Of a stretch of 64,000 nucleotides of DNA, positions 17,230-26,115 are shown one piece after another (position 1 is the stretch's first letter; the number at the start of each line of letters is the position of its first letter). Under the pieces are notes generated by a model. The model did not search any database and had not been told where the DNA came from. It was given only the letters and a program-made list of their open reading frames with translations. Position numbers and translations under genes: made by a program. The DNA lies in contig JBAXJX010000001.1 of NCBI GenBank assembly GCA_037137655.1, positions 496,194 to 560,193 on the forward strand, in the 5' to 3' direction. The DNA comes from Candidatus Falkowbacteria bacterium. GTDB lineage: Bacteria; Patescibacteriota; Patescibacteriia; Patescibacteriales; UBA12465.

Positions 17230-18516
17230 TTAATAAATTGAATATTTGGTGTTCAAATAAGATTCTACTTGTTGGCGTTCAGTATCACTTAGTGGTCGGT
17301 TGTAAATAATTATTTCAGCAATATCACCATTCAAATAAGTTTCGGTCACTGGTGGCAAAGAACCACCAGCATTAGCTCCAGCACCGATTAAGAAATTATA
17401 ACCATTAGTCGGATCACCAGAGCTCAAGCTCCAAGAACCAATATTAGCGCCATTGGCATAGAGATTATTAGACAGATCGGTTCTATTCCAAATAACTGAT
17501 AACTGTTCAAAGCTACCACTAGCCCGATTTACGCCATGTGAAGTGTCGCCGTTATAATTTGAATATAAGACTCCACCCCAATAATTAATCCACCATCTAA
17601 TTCCAGATCCACCATAAAGAAACTTGCCCACAAGCATACCGGTTGTGTTTGTTTTATCAACTATAAAAACAGTTTCGCCATTAGCCCCAATTTGATGTTC
17701 TGTCGTTCCGCCATCAAGATAACTACTACCATTAAATCTAATTACCGGTTTACCATTTAAAACACTTTGCACTAATACCGGTCGGCTTGGTCCGTCAGAT
17801 TGAGTAACACCAGTACTGGCACCTTGATTATTCCAGGCCGTCACATAATCACCCGTTGTAGTCACCACACCAGCATCCGCTTTTAACCATAAATCTAGAC
17901 TAGCTAAATCTGATGGTGCAAAAGCTTGAGTCGTAGTTGGAGTAGTAGTGGCGACTGGCGCGACATAAATCTCCCGCGGTGAAATCGTGGTTTGAATATT
18001 ATAAGCTGGAATAGTTTGATCAGCTTGGGATAAAACTTGAACATTAACCGTTACGATTGGCTGCACAGCCGCCGAGTCATCCATAGTAAAATTTATAGCG
18101 GCAATATTTATCGCCCCAGAACTAATAAAAAATGCTTCACTGTCACGTGCAATCTCCAAACGATTTACACCATTATCGTCTAGCGCGGTAAAATAAGCCA
18201 CACACTGGCCTTTTTGATTTTGAAAATAAAGTTCCGTCGAAGAAGCATTGCTCGCAAACATGTGATCCGGCGCTACACCGCAAACATCCGCGGCTGTCGA
18301 ATTACGCACCGCGCCCTTCACTTCACGCGAAAAAATTTCAACAAAATATTTTATATCTTCACGGGTCGCTGAATCATCCGAAGTAGTTCTTTGATTGGTA
18401 ATGACATTACGAAAAATTGAAGAGACAGCCAAAATGATCACCGCAAAAATAGAGATGGCCACCAAGATCTCAATCAAAGTAAATCCGCTTTTTTTATTTG
18501 TATTATTTCCAATCAT
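17230..18516 (-). CDS. PilW/GspJ-like pseudopilin fused to a C-terminal LamG-like domain
   Basis: Start trimmed to the ATG at 18516, giving MIGNNTNKKSGFTLIEILVAISIFAVIIL, a prepilin motif. This start overlaps the upstream stop by 14 nt (ATGATTGGAAATAA). The C-terminal half reads LWLKADAGV..AWNNQG..NGKPVIRFNG..LNGDIAEIIIYNRPLSDTERQQVESYLNTKYSIY. Confidence 0.75.
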   Translation of the reverse strand: MIGNNTNKKSGFTLIEILVAISIFAVIILAVSSIFRNVITNQRTTSDDSATREDIKYFVEIFSREVKGAVRNSTAADVCGVAPDHMFASNASSTELYFQNQKGQCVAYFTALDDNGVNRLEIARDSEAFFISSGAINIAAINFTMDDSAAVQPIVTVNVQVLSQADQTIPAYNIQTTISPREIYVAPVATTTPTTTQAFAPSDLASLDLWLKADAGVVTTTGDYVTAWNNQGASTGVTQSDGPSRPVLVQSVLNGKPVIRFNGSSYLDGGTTEHQIGANGETVFIVDKTNTTGMLVGKFLYGGSGIRWWINYWGGVLYSNYNGDTSHGVNRASGSFEQLSVIWNRTDLSNNLYANGANIGSWSLSSGDPTNGYNFLIGAGANAGGSLPPVTETYLNGDIAEIIIYNRPLSDTERQQVESYLNTKYSIY

Positions 18517-19015
18517 ATAATTCTGTTTGAAGTTCAAAGCGTCTAGTATCACCGCGATCATTCCACTCCACCAAGCAAGTAACGGTTGAGGAAACACTGC
18601 CATTGGCCGTGATAGTAATTAAACGATGAAAAATAGTATCCGTCGAACTCGCGTCATATAAATATTGATTTGTCGTACTAGAAAACTGTAAAAGCGTTTC
18701 ATCAATTCCGGCCACGCTCTGGGGTTGGAAATGAGCAAAATCAACTTTATATTTTGTACCGTTAACATCGCCAGTAATATATTGATTCCATGCTGCCCCG
18801 TTGCGCCAATTAGTATCACGCACATTGCGAATTAATTCCAAGCCTTCTTGGGCTAAATCATAAGCAACTAAAGTATCACGATTAGAATTCTGGGTGCGTA
18901 AACTCGCCGCCATTAAATTAACAACTCCAACCAAACCAACTGACACAATAATTAAAACCACAATAACCTCAAGCAAGGAAAAGGCCGGTAAATTTTTTTT
19001 ATATTTCTTTATCAT
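18503..19015 (-). CDS. PilV/GspI-like minor pseudopilin
   Basis: MIKKYKKNLPAFSLLEVIVVLIIVSVGLVGV is a prepilin-type N-terminus. 170 aa. Confidence 0.7.
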   Translation of the reverse strand: MIKKYKKNLPAFSLLEVIVVLIIVSVGLVGVVNLMAASLRTQNSNRDTLVAYDLAQEGLELIRNVRDTNWRNGAAWNQYITGDVNGTKYKVDFAHFQPQSVAGIDETLLQFSSTTNQYLYDASSTDTIFHRLITITANGSVSSTVTCLVEWNDRGDTRRFELQTELYDWK

Positions 19016-19021
19016 AATTTT

Positions 19022-19579
19022 TTACTGACAAGAATTAACTGTCTCAAAAAAACCAAAAGCATTAATTTTCAATCCATCCACGCGATTAGTGCTTGATTCA
19101 GCGATTTCTACACAAGCCGTGCTTGAAGAATTAACCCCACTAACAATCGAAGCGAGCGGTGTACTAGTGCCATGAAAAACCACATCCAAAGTATTACCTA
19201 AATTGATTTGCGAAAAATGTAAACCGTTACCAAGACTAAAGGCTTGGGCGCCAGAATTTACTATTGCCTCACCACTATCATACACACCATTACTGTTCAT
19301 ATCAGCAAACATCAAATAAGTGGAACTGGACACGTCCAAATGAATTCCCCAGCCGCCGCTAGCAATAGCGCCGCCGTAACGTAAGCCACTTAAAAAATTG
19401 CTCCGTGCCAAGTTAAAATTAGCCGATAAAATTCGCATCCCACCGTCTAAATTAGACTTTTTTTCCGCCCCAGAATAACCCGCTAACGACATGGAAATAA
19501 CCACACCAATAATTGCGACGGTGACCATTAATTCAATTAAGGTAAAGGCTTTAATTTTATTCCGTAAAAATATTTTCAT
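19022..19579 (-). CDS. FimT/GspH-like minor pseudopilin
   Basis: NKIKAFTLIELMVTVAIIGVVISMSLAGY is a prepilin-type N-terminus. 185 aa. It is the first gene of the pseudopilin run. Confidence 0.7.
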   Translation of the reverse strand: MKIFLRNKIKAFTLIELMVTVAIIGVVISMSLAGYSGAEKKSNLDGGMRILSANFNLARSNFLSGLRYGGAIASGGWGIHLDVSSSTYLMFADMNSNGVYDSGEAIVNSGAQAFSLGNGLHFSQINLGNTLDVVFHGTSTPLASIVSGVNSSSTACVEIAESSTNRVDGLKINAFGFFETVNSCQ

Positions 19580-19581
19580 AC

Positions 19582-19977
19582 TTAAATTATAGCATACTTT
19601 TTTAAAAATTTCTCTTCCTCCGCAATCATGGCCAGGCGTAACTTTTCGGTGTGATCTTCCCGACCAATTAGATGAAATAAACCATGAACCAGAATAAAAA
19701 TAAACTCGGATTCAATTCCCTTTTTTAACTCTTTGGCTTGGCGCTTAATTTGCGCATAGCTAATCACAATTTCATTAAGATCGGAAAAGGACAAGACATC
19801 AGTTGTCTTATCAAAACCTCGATAAGTTAAATTCATCTTCCGCATTACCGTATCACCCACCACCGCCACTGATACATCAAAGTTTTTCAACTTATAAGCT
19901 TTGATAAAAATCTCGACAATGCTAATAATTTTTTTGGAGTTTATTTTGTTTTTTGTTGTATTGTTAATCTCAATCAT
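19582..19977 (-). CDS. ybeY: rRNA maturation endoribonuclease YbeY
   Basis: Metal-binding motif HGLFHLIGREDH. 131 aa. Confidence 0.85.
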   Translation of the reverse strand: MIEINNTTKNKINSKKIISIVEIFIKAYKLKNFDVSVAVVGDTVMRKMNLTYRGFDKTTDVLSFSDLNEIVISYAQIKRQAKELKKGIESEFIFILVHGLFHLIGREDHTEKLRLAMIAEEEKFLKKYAII

Positions 19978-19984
19978 ATAAGTC

Positions 19985-20836
19985 CTAAATTAAGCGACGC
20001 GCGCGGCGCAAAATGTTATAAATTTTATACCAAAATGGTGACAAAATGTAATCAAAGGTACCAGGATAATTTACTACTTCCCCACCAAAACCCTTCTTAA
20101 AGCGCGTCACACCCGGCCATTTAATTTCACTAATACCGTAAAAATCGTAATATTTATAGCCATATTTTTTAGCCTCAGCAATAAGATGCCATTGCAAAAG
20201 ATAAGGTGCCATAACACTGCGATCATTATTATCAGAAGCACCATGCATATAAGTTACGCCATTACCATAAAAACAAAAAATACCCGCCGCAATAATTCGA
20301 CCATCATATTCTGCTAAAAATAATTTAATAAAATTAGGATCAAAATTTAACATGGTCCGATAATAATCATCATCATGTCCACGAAAAGTATCGCGCTCAG
20401 TGGTAATTTTTAATAAGCACAGAAACTCATCAACCCGATTATTGTCGGTAAATATTTTAACCCCTTTCTTCTCTGCTAAACGAATATTATATCTAGTTTT
20501 CGGATGCATCGCCGCTAACAATTCAGCTTCACTTTTGACTAAATCCAAAATTATCGTTTGACTTGGTTGGACATCAATTGTTTTTACCACGCTGCCATTC
20601 GCCGGTAATTTAAAGTCGCTCACAGCATCAAAACGCACAAAAATATAATCCTTAAACTCAGCTGGTAGCGCTTGAATTAAGTTATCCACACTGGAAATGC
20701 GTGGACCATAGAGATATTTTTTGAAGCGCAAAATATTTTTTTCCACAAAAAAACCAGCCGGAAAAACTTTGGTGTTATAACCGGATTTTTTCTGGAATTG
20801 GCACCAGAGATTAGACTGTAAAAATTGATCAATCAT
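19985..20836 (-). CDS. FemAB-family peptidoglycan interpeptide-bridge aminoacyltransferase
   Basis: FLQSNLWCQFQKKSG, KTRYNIRLAEKKG, MAPYLLQWHLIAEAKKYGYKYYDFYG and RFKKGFGG. Confidence 0.8.
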   Translation of the reverse strand: MIDQFLQSNLWCQFQKKSGYNTKVFPAGFFVEKNILRFKKYLYGPRISSVDNLIQALPAEFKDYIFVRFDAVSDFKLPANGSVVKTIDVQPSQTIILDLVKSEAELLAAMHPKTRYNIRLAEKKGVKIFTDNNRVDEFLCLLKITTERDTFRGHDDDYYRTMLNFDPNFIKLFLAEYDGRIIAAGIFCFYGNGVTYMHGASDNNDRSVMAPYLLQWHLIAEAKKYGYKYYDFYGISEIKWPGVTRFKKGFGGEVVNYPGTFDYILSPFWYKIYNILRRARRLI

Positions 20837-20852
20837 ATTAATTCCATTATAA

Positions 20853-20880
20853 CAAAAAAATCCCTCTGATAACAGAGGGA
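20853..20880 (-). terminator. Terminator of the distal pilin gene
   Basis: Minus strand reads TCCCTCTG-TTAT-CAGAGGGA followed by TTTTTTT. Confidence 0.7.
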
Positions 20881-20894
20881 TTTTAGAAAGAGAT

Positions 20895-21299
20895 TTAGCG
20901 AAGTGATGAGTTAGTTGCAGTATTTAAACCTTCTGGAATTGAACCAACTGGTCCTTCTAAGAAATATTGTAAAGTGTAAGTATTTATATCATTTGAAGTG
21001 TAAGTATATTCAACATGAGCGGCTGGTGGAGTCGGTGGAGTTGGGATGATAGACATATAAACATTTGAACCGTAAGCGATAGTTGGACTAGTAGCAATCT
21101 CATTAGTAGTTGGATAACGTTGCGCATCATTAAAAAATAATTCCAGCGCAGTTTGCATTTGCTTCACATCAGCCACACGTTTCGCGTCACGTGATTTAGC
21201 ACGAGCATTGTTTAAAGCGATAACTGACAAAGTTGCAAGTAAACCGATAATCGCAATAACGATTAATAACTCGATTAAAGTAAAGGCTTTTTTCTTCAT
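20895..21299 (-). CDS. Type IV pilin (second copy)
   Basis: MKKKAFTLIELLIVIAIIGLLATLSVIALNNARAKSRDAKRVADVKQMQTALELFFND. 134 aa. No obvious SD sequence upstream. Confidence 0.85.
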   Translation of the reverse strand: MKKKAFTLIELLIVIAIIGLLATLSVIALNNARAKSRDAKRVADVKQMQTALELFFNDAQRYPTTNEIATSPTIAYGSNVYMSIIPTPPTPPAAHVEYTYTSNDINTYTLQYFLEGPVGSIPEGLNTATNSSLR

Positions 21300-21403
21300 A
21301 CATTTTAAAAATTAGAGAAAATAATAAATTATTTATATTATATAATTAGCAATAACTTAATTATAACATATAAATAAAAAATGGCCAAGACCTCCAGCTA
21401 ACA

Positions 21404-21436
21404 AAAAAATCTCCCGACAAAGCCGGGAGATTTTTT
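21404..21436. terminator. Terminator after the first pilin gene
   Basis: TCTCCCG-ACAAAGC-CGGGAGA, flanked by an A-run and a T-run. Confidence 0.7.
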
Positions 21437-21445
21437 AAGATAGAA

Positions 21446-21889
21446 CTATTGTAGAGAAGCGTTCGTCGCGGTGTGTAAACCGGCTGGAATCGCGCCTACT
21501 GGTCCTTCTAATAAGTATTGAATAGTGTAACTTACACCGTTAGTATCAATGTTATAAGAGTATTGAGTTGGACCTGTTGGAGGTGTTGGTGGTTGTGGAA
21601 CGATAGCCATATAAACAGCTTGAGTGCTGGTTACGGCAGTTAAACGACAACCATTAGCAGCTGCTGCTACTGTACAAGCGCCTGCGGCAGTACTAGTTGG
21701 ATATGTTTGCATATCGTTGAAGTACAATTCTAAGGCAGTTTGTATTTGTTTGATATCAGCTACGCGACGCGCGTCACGTGATTTGGCACGAGCGTTGTTT
21801 AAAGCAACAACAGCTAATGTGGCCAAAAGACCGATAATAGCGATAACTACTAATAACTCGATTAAGGTAAAGGCTTTTTTATTTTTCAT
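21446..21889 (-). CDS. Type IV pilin (probable major pilin)
   Basis: MKNKKAFTLIELLVVIAIIGLLATLAVVALNNARAKSRDARRVADIKQIQTALELYFND. 147 aa. It has its own strong SD and its own terminator. Confidence 0.85.
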   Translation of the reverse strand: MKNKKAFTLIELLVVIAIIGLLATLAVVALNNARAKSRDARRVADIKQIQTALELYFNDMQTYPTSTAAGACTVAAAANGCRLTAVTSTQAVYMAIVPQPPTPPTGPTQYSYNIDTNGVSYTIQYLLEGPVGAIPAGLHTATNASLQ

Positions 21890-21893
21890 AAAT

Positions 21894-21904
21894 TCACCTC
21901 CTCC
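21894..21904 (-). promoter_or_regulatory. Strong Shine-Dalgarno sequence of the major pilin gene
   Basis: Minus strand reads GGAGGAGGTGA, then ATTT, then ATG. Confidence 0.7.
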
Positions 21905-21985
21905 AGTCTATTAGTAATCACGAACTTAATCCTAGGAATTAAAAGCATGATCATAAGATAATTATATAAATTTATAATTTATAGA

Positions 21986-23194
21986 TTAAAAACTAAGCGC
22001 CACGCTATACATCGGCATGATAATCGCGGCTGCCATAATTGCCACAGCCACACCCATCACCAACATTATAGCCGGTTCCAAGATAACATTCAAATTCGCT
22101 AATTTATCATTCAACTCGCGGGTATAGAAATCAGAAATTTTACCAAGCACTGCATCCAAATTACCAGTTTTTTCACCGATACTTAACATTTGGGGAATCA
22201 TTTTCGGCATATAAGGACTATCTGCAAACACGTAAGAAATTGAATAACCTTCATTAACTGCTTCTAATGTTTTTAAAATTAATTTTTGGTAAACCACACT
22301 CCGCACAACATCAGAAGACACCTCCAAAGCGCGAGTTACTGTTACACCACCATAAAGCAAAGTACTGAAAGAACGACAAAAACGAACCAAATAAATCAGA
22401 CGATACAACTTACCAATAATCGGAATTTTTAATTTAATAATATCCAAAGTTTCTTTGCCGGCCGGAGTTCTAGCAGCAATCCGAATAGCTACAAAGGCCG
22501 CCACTAGAGCGATTATAATATAAACTAAATAAGCCTGTAAAAAATCAACTACTGCGATAACAATCACCGTCGGCAATGGTAAGGCCGTGCCAGATTCCTC
22601 AATAATTGTAGTTAATTGTGGCATCACAAAATACATCATAATAAAGCCAACAACTACCAAGCCGATAGAAACTATCGCCGGGTAAACCATGGCGCCCTTA
22701 AATTTACCAATCAAATCATAATCTTTTTCCATTTCATCCGCTAAATACAATAGAACTTCATCTAATTTACCCGAGGTCTCACCGGCCTTAACAACGTTAA
22801 CGTAAAATTCAGAAAAAGCTTTACCGCCCCGGCGCTTAAAAGATTCGGACAACAACGCGCCGCCATCAACGTCGATAGCAACGTTAGAAATTATATTTTT
22901 TAACTTCAAATTTTCAGTTTGTTCTAAAACAGTTTGAAGTGATTCAAGCACGCTGACATCCGACGAGATCATTAAAGAAAACTCGCGGGAAAAAATCACT
23001 AAATCTTTCGGCTTAACACCTTGGATAAAAAACATGACACGGGTATCAGCGCGATCAGAAATATCATTTGCCCAAACCAAACGTAAACCCTTATGGGCTA
23101 AGTTGCGAGCAACACCGTCAGTATTAAAAGCCACGGCTCTTCCATGAACCGCACGATCCTTACTATTTAATGCTTTATAGCTATATAGTGGCAT
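21986..23194 (-). CDS. pilC: Type IV pilus platform protein PilC (GspF family)
   Basis: 402 aa with a duplicated T2SS-F domain architecture and three TM segments. It is adjacent to pilB. Confidence 0.85.
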   Translation of the reverse strand: MPLYSYKALNSKDRAVHGRAVAFNTDGVARNLAHKGLRLVWANDISDRADTRVMFFIQGVKPKDLVIFSREFSLMISSDVSVLESLQTVLEQTENLKLKNIISNVAIDVDGGALLSESFKRRGGKAFSEFYVNVVKAGETSGKLDEVLLYLADEMEKDYDLIGKFKGAMVYPAIVSIGLVVVGFIMMYFVMPQLTTIIEESGTALPLPTVIVIAVVDFLQAYLVYIIIALVAAFVAIRIAARTPAGKETLDIIKLKIPIIGKLYRLIYLVRFCRSFSTLLYGGVTVTRALEVSSDVVRSVVYQKLILKTLEAVNEGYSISYVFADSPYMPKMIPQMLSIGEKTGNLDAVLGKISDFYTRELNDKLANLNVILEPAIMLVMGVAVAIMAAAIIMPMYSVALSF

Positions 23195-23202
23195 ATTTTA
23201 AA

Positions 23203-24969
23203 TTATAGATAATCAATTTCAATCACACGTAAAACCTCATCGATATTAGTAATGCCTTTGATAACTTTGAATAAACCATCTTGTTTCATAGAGACAAAAA
23301 CTTGGCTCTCTTCCACGGCGTGAATAGTTAAATCATTTTTATGATTAATAATAATGTCACGCAAATGTTCATCAACCGGCACAACTTCAGCAATCGCTAC
23401 CCGTTCAGTGTAGCCAGTATTAGAACAGTGAGCACAACCCACTGGTTCATAAAATTTAAAGTTTTTAATATCATCCAAAGACTCAATGCTTAATTCTTCT
23501 TTCACGATAGCAAACGGAATATTTTTAAAACTAACAATAATTCTATCCAACTTCTTCTCATCTAATTTAGCTTCTCGTTTGCAATGTGGGCACAAACGAC
23601 GAACTAAACGTTGAGCAATAATCATACGCAAAGTTGAAGCTAACAAAAACGGCTCAACTTTCATATCCAATAAACGGAAAGCAGCACCAATCGCATCATT
23701 AGTATGAAGCGTTGATAACACCAAGTGACCAGTCAAACCGGCATGAATCGCAAGTTCCGCTGTCTCATCATCACGAATTTCTCCAACCATGATAATGTTT
23801 GGATCTTGACGAAGAAGTGAGCGCAAACCACTGGCAAAATCGTATTTCAAATCAGGTTTAACTTCTGATTGATTAACACCTTTAATTTGATATTCAATCG
23901 GATCTTCCAAGGTCGAAATATTAACAGATTCTTTATTTAAAACATTGATCGCGGCATACAGCGTAGTAGTTTTACCAGATCCAGTCGGACCAGTTAACAA
24001 CACAATACCACTAGTTTTTTTCAAACCTTCAAGCACTAATTTCTTACAATAAGCATTAAAACCTAAATCATCCAAAGAAATAAGGCCCTTACTTTGATCC
24101 AGAATACGCATTTCGATTTTTTCTGAACCAGAAAGCGGCATAGTAGAAATACGGAAATCGATTTCACGACCATCAACTACTAATCGAATATGACCATCTT
24201 GCGGCACACGAGTTTCATCTAACTTCAATTTAGCCAAAACTTTTATTCTGGCCACAACTGAATTGTGCACAGCCCGAGGCAAGGTTAAAGCATTATGCAA
24301 AATACCATCAATACGATAACGCACACGACTCTCCTTCTCCATCGGCTCAATATGAATATCAGATGAACGACTTTCAACGGCATGACGAATAATAACAGAT
24401 ACAATTTTAGCCACCGGAGCGCTATTAACATCCGCTTCAGAAATAATAGTATTAGCATCTGGCATTACTTGCAACAAATCTTCACCTTCAGTTTTAGCCT
24501 TCGCTTTTAACGCTTCACCAATTTCTTCTTCGGCGCGAGCATATTGTTTCAAAGAATTTTTAAAACTAGTTGGAGAAATTAAAAAATATTCTACAGCCAC
24601 GCCCTGACTTTGGGCCATGAAATTAACTGCTTCAATAGCTTTAAAATCAGACTCAATCATACCAATCTTGGCTGCATAAACATCCTTAAAGAAACAAACA
24701 ATTTTATAATTTTCAGAGATTTTCTTTGGTAAAAAATGCAAAAAATCTTCCGGAATAACCTCATTTTGCAAATTTTTATAAGGTAAATTAAGCAATCCAG
24801 CCTTAATTTCAGTTAAAGCCTCTTCCCCAATTATTTCCTTATCAATCAAATATTCTTCTAACTTAAACGAGGCATCCTTAGCAATGGAGTCTTTTAACTC
24901 TAAAAATTTTTCCGGTTTTAACAAGGCCTTGCTATTTAGCAATTCCAACAATTCCAGGGATTTATTCAT
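23203..24969 (-). CDS. pilB: Type IV pilus assembly ATPase PilB (GspE family)
   Basis: Walker A LLTGPTGSGKTTT, Asp box, Walker B IIMVGEIRD and a tetra-Cys motif (CPHC..CAHC). 588 aa. Confidence 0.9.
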   Translation of the reverse strand: MNKSLELLELLNSKALLKPEKFLELKDSIAKDASFKLEEYLIDKEIIGEEALTEIKAGLLNLPYKNLQNEVIPEDFLHFLPKKISENYKIVCFFKDVYAAKIGMIESDFKAIEAVNFMAQSQGVAVEYFLISPTSFKNSLKQYARAEEEIGEALKAKAKTEGEDLLQVMPDANTIISEADVNSAPVAKIVSVIIRHAVESRSSDIHIEPMEKESRVRYRIDGILHNALTLPRAVHNSVVARIKVLAKLKLDETRVPQDGHIRLVVDGREIDFRISTMPLSGSEKIEMRILDQSKGLISLDDLGFNAYCKKLVLEGLKKTSGIVLLTGPTGSGKTTTLYAAINVLNKESVNISTLEDPIEYQIKGVNQSEVKPDLKYDFASGLRSLLRQDPNIIMVGEIRDDETAELAIHAGLTGHLVLSTLHTNDAIGAAFRLLDMKVEPFLLASTLRMIIAQRLVRRLCPHCKREAKLDEKKLDRIIVSFKNIPFAIVKEELSIESLDDIKNFKFYEPVGCAHCSNTGYTERVAIAEVVPVDEHLRDIIINHKNDLTIHAVEESQVFVSMKQDGLFKVIKGITNIDEVLRVIEIDYL

Positions 24970-24987
24970 AAAAAAATATAATTTAGA

Positions 24988-25368
24988 TTAAAAATTCTTA
25001 AACGGTTCCGGATTACCAACTTTAAATTCAGGAATATTTTCAGTCGAAGTTGAAATCACTGGAATAGTTGAAGTTGGAGCGGTGCTAGTTGCCCCACCAA
25101 AGTTTGGAACATTTATACCAGTCATATCAACCACTGTTTTTACCAAATTTTTATATTTATCCGTTACTAAGAAAGCAACTTTTATCGGATTGTTATTTGG
25201 ATCAAACTCTGTTGGTTTAGGACGCATAATAAGTGGCTCACGATCACTTAAATTATTTATAGTACTAAAATATTCTCGAATGTCTTTTTGAAAAACAACC
25301 AAAAAGAAACTAATCACCACAAAAAATGATATAAAAGTAAAAGCTATAAGACGATAAATTTTTTGCAT
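24988..25368 (-). CDS. Small membrane-anchored protein in the PilP position
   Basis: 126 aa with one N-terminal TM segment. It sits between the pilO-like gene and pilB. The assignment rests on position only. Confidence 0.45.
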   Translation of the reverse strand: MQKIYRLIAFTFISFFVVISFFLVVFQKDIREYFSTINNLSDREPLIMRPKPTEFDPNNNPIKVAFLVTDKYKNLVKTVVDMTGINVPNFGGATSTAPTSTIPVISTSTENIPEFKVGNPEPFKNF

Positions 25369-25372
25369 ATGA

Positions 25373-26110
25373 TTATTTCTTTAAATAATACGTCGAAAAA
25401 TTGAAAACAGCTGATTTTGAACCAGGATTATACGTAACATCGCTAATATCCAATAAGCGTAAACTTTCCTCTAGCGTGTTTAGCAATTTAGAAAAATCTT
25501 TATACGTTATATCAGAAACACTAAGTTTAACATTCATAGCACCAACGCCGTTTGGTAAGTTAACAACTAGAGTTGTAGCCGTGCTAGTAGCTGGCATCGC
25601 CGAAGCCAAAGCCGCAGTCTTAGCATCATTAGCAACACGAGCTGATCCGCCAGGGATAGCCGGTGTAGCGCTCTTATTAGAATATTTAGTAACATCAAGA
25701 GAGTTAACTTTAAAACCATTATGCGCCACAATAAAGATTATTTCTGTAAATAAATCTTCTTTTATATATTCATCCGGAATCATAGCATTAACGCGCGCCA
25801 CATCCGTCTTATCAATTATATTATAACCTTTAGCTATATTCTTATAAGAATCAGATTCACGATACTTTGGTAACAATTGGTTTTTTTCAAAAAAAGTAGT
25901 ATTAACATTTTTAATAATCCCATCGTACTCTGGTTTTAAGACATAAAGATAAGAAGCGGACATAATTAATACCACAACAACCGCAATAACAATTCCAAAA
26001 TAACGATTTAAGGAAATATTAATAAGATTACGGGCGCGACGCTTTTTCACTTCCAATTCTTCATTTATACTTTTTTGCGCCTCCAGGTTGTTTTTATCAA
26101 AATTATTCAT
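25373..26110 (-). CDS. PilO-like pilus alignment protein
   Basis: 245 aa, bitopic (TM YFGIVIAVVVVLIMSASYLYVL). It follows the pilN-like gene. The assignment rests on position and topology. Confidence 0.5.
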   Translation of the reverse strand: MNNFDKNNLEAQKSINEELEVKKRRARNLINISLNRYFGIVIAVVVVLIMSASYLYVLKPEYDGIIKNVNTTFFEKNQLLPKYRESDSYKNIAKGYNIIDKTDVARVNAMIPDEYIKEDLFTEIIFIVAHNGFKVNSLDVTKYSNKSATPAIPGGSARVANDAKTAALASAMPATSTATTLVVNLPNGVGAMNVKLSVSDITYKDFSKLLNTLEESLRLLDISDVTYNPGSKSAVFNFSTYYLKK

Positions 26111-26115
26111 AAAAT

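Noticed and set aside
14938-18516. Diversity-generating retroelement (DGR) targeting the LamG genes
   Set aside because: There is no reverse transcriptase in the window and no short template/variable repeat pair. Differences between the paralogs are spread over the whole C-terminal half and are not adenine-specific.
18517-18603. N-terminal extension of the 17230 ORF (MAVFPQPLLAWW...)
   Set aside because: It overlaps about 100 nt of the upstream pseudopilin gene. The ATG at 18516 places the GFTLIE prepilin motif at the normal distance from the start and gives a typical ATGA-type coupling overlap.
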